Source: Carnimonas bestiolae
Lineage (GTDB): Bacteria; Pseudomonadota; Gammaproteobacteria; Pseudomonadales; Halomonadaceae
Strand: one strand, 5' to 3'
Length of the DNA stretch: 24,000 bases
Assembly: GCF_051251125.1 (NCBI RefSeq)
Contig: NZ_JBPCZL010000010.1
Within the stretch, counting starts at the first letter, position 1. Each line of letters opens with the position of its first letter. A model generated the notes under the pieces. The model did not search any database and was not told the DNA's origin. It saw only the letters and a list, made by a program, of their open reading frames with translations. The translations under genes and the position numbers were made by a program. This document shows positions 19,333 to 24,000 of this stretch, one piece after another.

Positions 19333-19460
19333 CACGTCTTCTCTGGGTTAAATCTGTGATAATTTTCCACAATATTATTCCTTTGGCCGGAGAGTCGCCA
19401 GGAAATTATGGTCAGATAGACTGATATCGGTCCGCTGTTGCGAGCGTTTATCAGAACACC

Positions 19461-20321
19461 TCACTCCACATTCTGCACTTGCTCTCTGATCTGCTCGATC
19501 AGCACCTTCAGCTCGACGGCGCGGTGGGTGGTTTCCTTAACCACTGATTTCGAGGCGAGGGTGTTGGCTTCGCGGTTCAGTTCCTGCACCAGAAAATCGA
19601 GGCGACGCCCTACGGGTTGCTGGCTGCCAAGCTGGTGACGAATTTCGCTAACGTGGCTGGTTAGGCGGTCGAGCTCTTCGGCGACGTCGGCGCGCTGTAC
19701 CAGCATGGCTACCTCTGCGCCCAGCCGATGTTCATCGAGGTCCAGTGATGCGGCGTTGGCTCGCTCTACCAATAGCTGGCGTTGGCGTTCGATAATTGAA
19801 GGCAGCAATGCTCGAATGGCCGCGACTTCCTGCTCGATAGCGCCGAGGCGTTCCCGGATGATATCTGCCAAGCGTGCGCCTTCGCGCTCGCGGGCCTGTT
19901 CGAGTGCTTCAAGCCCTTGTTGGAACAGTGCTACAGCGCCTTCTTCTAGCGCTTGCGCATTAGCGGCGCTGGAAGCAATAACGCCCGGCCATTGCAGCAC
20001 ATCCAGTGTGGTGGGCTGTGCAATGCCAACAATGCGCTGCTCAACTTCTTCCATAGCACGCTGCAAATGCTCAAGGCGATTGCTGTCCAGGCGCAAGGCG
20101 CCTTCTTGCTGCTCGGGAAAATAGCGCAGCGTGATATCCACCTTGCCACGCTGAATGCGGCCGCGCAGCTGTTCACGGAAAGCGGGCTCGAGCGAACGCA
20201 GCGGTGCCGCGAGCTGGAAATTCAGGTCGAGGTGGCGCTGATTAACGGTGCGCAGCTCCAATTCGAGGCGGCCCCAGTCGGCGCTGGCATCTTCGCGAGA
20301 AAAGCCGGTCATGCTGCGCAT
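19461..20321 (-). CDS. yicC: YicC-family stress-induced protein (endoribonuclease YicC)
   Basis: 286-aa ORF. MRSMTGFSRE...LELELRTVNQRHLDLNF N-terminus and C-terminal LVQELNREANTLASKS...ELKVLIEQIREQVQNVE are the conserved YicC N- and C-terminal domains. Divergent from rph, as in many gammaproteobacteria. Confidence 0.9.
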   Translation of the reverse strand: MRSMTGFSREDASADWGRLELELRTVNQRHLDLNFQLAAPLRSLEPAFREQLRGRIQRGKVDITLRYFPEQQEGALRLDSNRLEHLQRAMEEVEQRIVGIAQPTTLDVLQWPGVIASSAANAQALEEGAVALFQQGLEALEQAREREGARLADIIRERLGAIEQEVAAIRALLPSIIERQRQLLVERANAASLDLDEHRLGAEVAMLVQRADVAEELDRLTSHVSEIRHQLGSQQPVGRRLDFLVQELNREANTLASKSVVKETTHRAVELKVLIEQIREQVQNVE

Positions 20322-20365
20322 TTATTGATCTCCCCTGCGGCTGATGGATATTGGTTATCAAGTGC

Positions 20366-20425
20366 GGCGACGCCGGTGGTTGGCGTCGCCCAAGGATGAC
20401 GCATGGCGTCGCTGGCAGACGCCAT
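20366..20425. repeat. cluster of GC-rich palindromic hairpins built on a GACGCC/GGCGTC core (REP-like)
   Basis: GGCGACGCC (20366-20374) / GGCGTCGCC (20382-20390) form a 9-bp stem with a 7-nt loop. ATGGCGTC (20403-20410) / GACGCCAT (20418-20425) form an 8-bp stem with a 7-nt loop. An alternative pairing is GACGC-ATG-GCGTC at 20398-20410. The cluster lies 45-105 bp upstream of the yicC start. Confidence 0.4.
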
Positions 20426-20697
20426 ACGATGGCGGCCATGCCGTTCGAGCTTGGCTGAGGTAAGCGAGTGCTTCATAAAGCCCGCTCCACACGATTTCTT
20501 ATGGTACCTAAAAGCACCGAAACATGCGGGCAATCGCTTTTCCCGCAAAAGGCGATCACTCTATGGCGATCGTGCATCGGAGGGCGAGTACCGAGGAGCA
20601 TTGAAAGTCGATTCGGCCCATCTCGCCATTCAGGTTAGAATAGGGCCATCCTCCGGCGCCGACGCCGGTTTCCCTATCCAATGAGTCAAGAGTTTCT

Positions 20698-21420
20698 ATG
20701 CTGCGTCCCAGTGGAAGAGAGGCGAATGCGCCTCGCGAAGTGCGTATCACCCGCGAATACACCATGCATGCTGAAGGTTCCGTGCTGGTTGAGTTCGGCA
20801 ATACCAAGGTACTGTGCAACGCCAGTGTCGAAGAAGGCGTGCCGCGCTGGCTGCGGGGCAAAGGGCAAGGCTGGATTACCGCCGAATACGGCATGCTGCC
20901 GCGTGCCACCAACACTCGCGGTGGACGCGAGGCCGCACGGGGCAAGCAGAGCGGTCGTACGGTGGAAATTCAGCGCTTGATTGGTCGTTCGCTGCGCGCA
21001 GCGGTTGATCTCAAGAAGCTGGGCGAGTTCACCATCACCATCGATTGCGACGTTATCCAGGCCGATGGTGGTACTCGTACCGCTGCCATTACCGGCGGCT
21101 GCGTGGCTCTGGTCGATGCGCTGCATTACCTCCAGCGTAACAAGAAGATCAAATCTGACCCGCTGCGTCGGCTGGTGTCCTCGGTATCGGTGGGCGTATA
21201 CAAGGGCACGCCAGTGGTTGATCTCGATTATGCCGAGGACTCCAACGCGGATACCGATCTCAACGTGGTGATGACCGACGAAGGCGGCCTTATCGAGGTA
21301 CAGGGAACGGCCGAGAAGGCACCGTTTTCCCGCACTGAACTGAACGCCATGCTAGATCTGGCTGAAGGCGCAGGCGCTACGCTATTCGAGCAGCAGCGCA
21401 AAGCGCTGGGCCTGATTTGA
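20698..21420 (+). CDS. rph: ribonuclease PH
   Basis: 240-aa ORF colinear with E. coli Rph: [99 protein letters not shown]. Confidence 0.95.
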   Translation: MLRPSGREANAPREVRITREYTMHAEGSVLVEFGNTKVLCNASVEEGVPRWLRGKGQGWITAEYGMLPRATNTRGGREAARGKQSGRTVEIQRLIGRSLRAAVDLKKLGEFTITIDCDVIQADGGTRTAAITGGCVALVDALHYLQRNKKIKSDPLRRLVSSVSVGVYKGTPVVDLDYAEDSNADTDLNVVMTDEGGLIEVQGTAEKAPFSRTELNAMLDLAEGAGATLFEQQRKALGLI

Positions 21421-21447
21421 TAGTTGTTACTGGTAGGGAGGGATTGC

Positions 21448-21996
21448 ATGACGTCGCCAGCTAAAGCGCTGTTGCTGTACAGCACCACCGATGGCCATAC
21501 CCAGCGTATTGTCGAGGTCATTGCCGAGTCGCTTGCTTCGAAGGGCATCGATGCCGATGTTGTCGATATCAATAGCGGCGAGCCGCCTTCTCCTGAACAC
21601 TATGCGGCGGTGCTGATCGGTGCATCGATTCGCTACGGCAAGTTCAAGCCGTCGGTTGCACGTTACGCATCCACCTATGCAGAGCAGCTGAACCGCAAGG
21701 TATCTGCTTTCGTCGCGGTCAATCTGACGGCGCGCAAGGAAGAAAAGCGCTCGCCGACCACCAATGCCTACACGCACAAGTTCCTCGAAGCGACCCCTTG
21801 GCAGCCGGGGCATTGTGAAGTGGTCGCAGGGGCGTTGCGCTATCCGCGCTATCGCTTGTTTGATCGTCTGATGATTCAACTGATCATGAAAATGACCGGC
21901 GGAGAAACCGATCCTTCCAAGGAGATCGACTACACCGACTGGGAGCGTGTAGCGGCATTTGGTCGCGAATGGGGCGAACAGATTTCCCGCCAATAA
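21448..21996 (+). CDS. hemG: protoporphyrinogen IX dehydrogenase (menaquinone-dependent), HemG
   Basis: Flavodoxin-like KALLLYSTTDGHTQRI; VLIGASIRYGKF; the HemG-specific loop NLTARKEEKRSPTTNAYTHKFL; GALRYPRYRLFDRLMIQLIMKMTGGETD. Colinear with E. coli HemG. The start is moved to the ATG at 21448 behind GGGAGGGA. Confidence 0.9.
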   Translation: MTSPAKALLLYSTTDGHTQRIVEVIAESLASKGIDADVVDINSGEPPSPEHYAAVLIGASIRYGKFKPSVARYASTYAEQLNRKVSAFVAVNLTARKEEKRSPTTNAYTHKFLEATPWQPGHCEVVAGALRYPRYRLFDRLMIQLIMKMTGGETDPSKEIDYTDWERVAAFGREWGEQISRQ

Positions 21997-22056
21997 AAAA
22001 CACTCGCTGCGCTGTGTGCCCGGTGTCGAGCGTACGCAGCGTGGCGAGTGGTTTTG
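21995..22056. terminator. long hairpin terminator between convergent hemG and the crc-like gene
   Basis: 22001-22019 pairs with 22032-22050, about 19 bp including G-U pairs on the plus-strand RNA. The outer 7 bp, CACTCGC/GCGAGTG, are perfect. An A6 run precedes the hairpin and GTTTT follows. It is placed between two convergent stop codons. Confidence 0.65.
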
Positions 22057-22081
22057 CGCGGAGGGGAAGTAAGCGAGTTGG

Positions 22082-22843
22082 CTAGATCTCGATATCGTAT
22101 TCGACAATCAGCGGTGCATGCTCGGAGAAGGTGGCGTCAGTGTCGATCCAGGCATTAACGATGTTGCGCTGCAGGTTAGGGCCTACCACCTGATAATCGA
22201 GTCGCCAGCCGTCCTGTCGGTTACGCGACACTTCCTGATCGAGTCGCGGCCACCAAGTGTAACGCTCGGCCTCGCGATCGATTTCGCGGAAGGTATCGAT
22301 GAACCCTAGCGGACCGAATACCTGATCCATAAAGGCGCGTTCCTCTGCGCGAAAGCCGGGCGCAATCTGATACTCAGCCCAGTGACGAACATCAATGGTC
22401 TTGTGAGCAATTTGCCAGGTACCGCAGATGATGTACTCGCGGCGCTTTCGTCGCAGCTTGTTCAGGTAGTCGCTGTAATGCGTAATGAACTTTAGCTTCG
22501 CTTCAGGATCTTCTGGCATCAGAAAGGAAGCAACGCTGAATTTATCGTAGTCAGCTTGCAAAAAACGTCCTTCGTGGTCGCACTGCTCAAACCCCAGCCC
22601 GTACATGATGGCCTTGGGGATATGGCGGCAGTAAATGCCAACGCCCGACATGCCGTCCTGCTCGGCATCGAGGAAATAGCCTTCGAATCCTTCCGGATAG
22701 AGGATGTCATCGCTCAATTCGAAGCTTTTAACCTTGAGGTTCTGCACGCAAACGACATCGGCGTCCTGCTGACGCAGCCAGTCCAGGAAACCGCGTTCTA
22801 CCGCGTTCTTGATGCCATTGACGTTGATGGTGGCTATCTTCAT
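22082..22843 (-). CDS. crc: exonuclease-III-fold protein, most likely catabolite repression control protein Crc (not a catalytic XthA)
   Basis: 253-aa ORF closely colinear with Pseudomonas Crc as I recall it (INVNGI, GRFLQADYDK, RRKRREYI, GWRLDYQV, SEHAPLIVEYD). Divergent from pyrE, as in Pseudomonas. ExoIII catalytic positions are replaced: LQETK becomes VQNLK, GDMN becomes GTWQ, SDHAP becomes SEHAP. Confidence 0.7.
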   Translation of the reverse strand: MKIATINVNGIKNAVERGFLDWLRQQDADVVCVQNLKVKSFELSDDILYPEGFEGYFLDAEQDGMSGVGIYCRHIPKAIMYGLGFEQCDHEGRFLQADYDKFSVASFLMPEDPEAKLKFITHYSDYLNKLRRKRREYIICGTWQIAHKTIDVRHWAEYQIAPGFRAEERAFMDQVFGPLGFIDTFREIDREAERYTWWPRLDQEVSRNRQDGWRLDYQVVGPNLQRNIVNAWIDTDATFSEHAPLIVEYDIEI

Positions 22844-22952
22844 ACATGGTCCCTTAATTTCCGCGCGTGTATGATACCCGAGATTTCTACTTTTTAGTTA
22901 ACAGCGTCTCTACTTACTCGCTTAAGTTCGGCGCATGTCAGGGACACCCGCC

Positions 22953-23606
22953 ATGTACGATTACCAACGTCACTTCATCGAGTTTGCGATTGCCGAGCGC
23001 GTTCTCTCGTTTGGTAGCTTCACGTTGAAATCGGGCCGAGTGAGTCCGTATTTCTTCAACGCGGGGCAGTTCCAGAGCGGTAAAGCGCTTGCTACGTTGG
23101 GGCGGTCGTACGCTGAGTCAATAGAACGTTCAGCGCCAGAATTTGATGTATTGTTTGGTCCCGCCTACAAAGGTATTCCTCTTGCTGCGGCCACAGCGGT
23201 GGCGTTGTCCGATCATTTTGACCATAGCGTTTCGTATGCGTTTAATCGCAAGGAAGCGAAAGATCACGGCGAAGGGGGCTCGATTGTAGGTGCCGCGCTT
23301 CAAGGCCGTGTCTTGATCATAGACGATGTTATTACGGCTGGTACGGCAATTCGCGAATCAATTGAGCTAATTCGCGCCCAGGGGGCAACACCCGCAGGTG
23401 TCGTGGTTGCCCTTGACCGTCAGGAGCGCGCGGGAGACGAGCACTCTTTCAGCGCTATTCAGGCGGTAGAAGACGAATTTGGCATCCCGGTCATACCGAT
23501 TATTGGCCTCGACAGCATTCTCGATTTCCTCGAAACCGCGAGTCATTCGGACCTCGACCAGTACGCGCCTGATATCCGCGCTTACCGTGATCGCTACGGC
23601 GTTTAA
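22953..23606 (+). CDS. pyrE: orotate phosphoribosyltransferase
   Basis: Colinear with E. coli PyrE from YQRHFIEFA: [45 protein letters not shown] motif [23 protein letters not shown]. The start is placed at the ATG at 22953 (MYDYQR); the upstream ATG at 22935 cannot be excluded. Confidence 0.93.
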   Translation: MYDYQRHFIEFAIAERVLSFGSFTLKSGRVSPYFFNAGQFQSGKALATLGRSYAESIERSAPEFDVLFGPAYKGIPLAAATAVALSDHFDHSVSYAFNRKEAKDHGEGGSIVGAALQGRVLIIDDVITAGTAIRESIELIRAQGATPAGVVVALDRQERAGDEHSFSAIQAVEDEFGIPVIPIIGLDSILDFLETASHSDLDQYAPDIRAYRDRYGV

Positions 23607-23674
23607 GGTCGATTTGTCCTTGAGCCAATGCCCGCGAAGCGCTTAGTATTCATTTAACAAAACACTGTTTCCGA

Positions 23675-23705
23675 TGAGGCTTAGCCATCCGCGGCCTCAA
23701 TTTTT
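23675..23705 (+). terminator. candidate rho-independent terminator after pyrE
   Basis: TGAGGC (23675-23680) / GCCTCA (23694-23699) with a 13-nt loop, followed by ATTTTT. The stem is short and the loop large, so this is weak. Confidence 0.4.
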
Positions 23706-23754
23706 CGAGCGTGGTCGATAGCTGCGCCTCCCGTTTTGCATAAAGAGCAACACA

Positions 23755-24000
23755 ATGTTCACACGTATTACTACCATCGCATTGGCGTCAGCGGGTTTGC
23801 TGTTCGGTGCGCATCAGGCTTCAGCCTTTAGCGTGGCCGCAAACGGCGGCAAGGATACCCAAGGGATTAGCGCCACTCAGAACCTGGCACCGATGATTAG
23901 CTCTGAGTTCGGTTATCAGCATTCCGATTATCACGATTCGGACGCGAATCTTTATTCCGCAGGCTTGATGGTTCACCCGTGGTGGACGCCGATAGCCGAC
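23755..24000 (+). CDS. secreted/outer-membrane protein, partial (first 82 codons; possibly YfaZ-like beta-barrel)
   Basis: ATG at 23755 with AAAGAG 8 nt upstream, open to the window edge. Signal peptide MFTRITTIALASAGLLFGAHQASA, then FSVAANGGKDTQGISATQNL...GYQHSDYHDSDANLYSAGL. The alternating pattern resembles the small YfaZ-type OM proteins, but that is a weak recollection only. Confidence 0.45.
   Translation, partial: MFTRITTIALASAGLLFGAHQASAFSVAANGGKDTQGISATQNLAPMISSEFGYQHSDYHDSDANLYSAGLMVHPWWTPIAD

Larger units (their letters stand above)
16074..19460. other. low-GC restriction-modification plus Vsr gene cassette (horizontally acquired island, no mobility gene visible)
   Basis: Hand counts of G+C on 60-nt lines give 22/60, 26/60 and 27/60 inside, versus 40/60 (15901-15960) and 39/60 (19801-19860) in the flanks. 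The composition switch occurs within about 40 bp of the dadA-like stop and about 125 bp of the yicC stop. It contains three co-directional genes of one functional module. Confidence 0.7.

Noticed and set aside
19349-19372. Possible operator palindrome TGTG-N9-CACA upstream of the methyltransferase gene
   Set aside because: Only the outer 4 bp are complementary, which is far weaker than known MTase or C-protein operators.
16074-19460. Target-site duplications or att-like direct repeats flanking the R-M/Vsr island
   Set aside because: Comparing 16060-16115 with 19336-19470 by eye gave only trivial 4-5-nt matches (GTGAT, CTTCT). That is not enough to claim insertion scars, and it needs alignment against an empty site.
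20403-20684. 93-aa plus-strand ORF in the yicC-rph spacer
   Set aside because: It has no RBS and its start lies inside the palindromic hairpin cluster. Its composition looks non-coding. The region is better explained as a structured intergenic spacer.
21427-22107. 226-aa minus-strand ORF
   Set aside because: It is antisense to hemG, which is colinear with E. coli HemG. The translation is Arg-rich and low-complexity, as expected for a shadow frame in GC-rich DNA, and it runs through the hemG/crc terminator hairpin.
22082-22843. Straightforward annotation as exodeoxyribonuclease III (xthA)
   Set aside because: The fold family is right, but key ExoIII catalytic residues are substituted. The sequence and its pyrE-divergent position match Crc, so it is called crc-like instead (see findings).

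Overview
High-GC (about 65% on sampled lines) gammaproteobacterial chromosome. The conserved backbone has the order I recall from Pseudomonas and Halomonas-type genomes: recG-oxyR, an SDR-like gene, ridA-spoT-rpoZ-gmk (minus strand), then yicC, rph, hemG, a crc-like gene and pyrE.

Three segments interrupt this backbone:
1. A low-GC region at the left edge (1-745). It holds the 5' end of an unannotated minus-strand ORF that runs off the window.
2. A four-gene chaperone-usher fimbrial operon (9599-14596) behind a 660-bp AT-rich leader, followed by a DadA-like FAD oxidoreductase.
3. A low-GC (about 37-45%) cassette at 16111-19332. It encodes a Dcm/M.EcoRII-type C5-cytosine methyltransferase, an EcoRII-family restriction endonuclease and a Vsr endonuclease, all co-directional. 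It sits between the convergent core genes dadA-like and yicC.

Segments 2 and 3 together fill the gmk-yicC junction, which I recall as contiguous in Pseudomonas.

I saw no rRNA, tRNA, CRISPR array, transposase or integrase. I did not find a convincing wholly new multi-gene system. The accessory content I can read belongs to known families.

The items most worth follow-up:
- the architecture and regulation of the R-M/Vsr cassette
- the truncated low-GC ORF at the left edge, whose partners lie outside the window
- the exonuclease-III-fold gene that looks like the regulator Crc rather than XthA
- two structured non-coding patches, one in the fimbrial leader and one in the yicC-rph spacer

Most other track ORFs are antisense or off-frame shadows of the real genes, as expected at this GC content.
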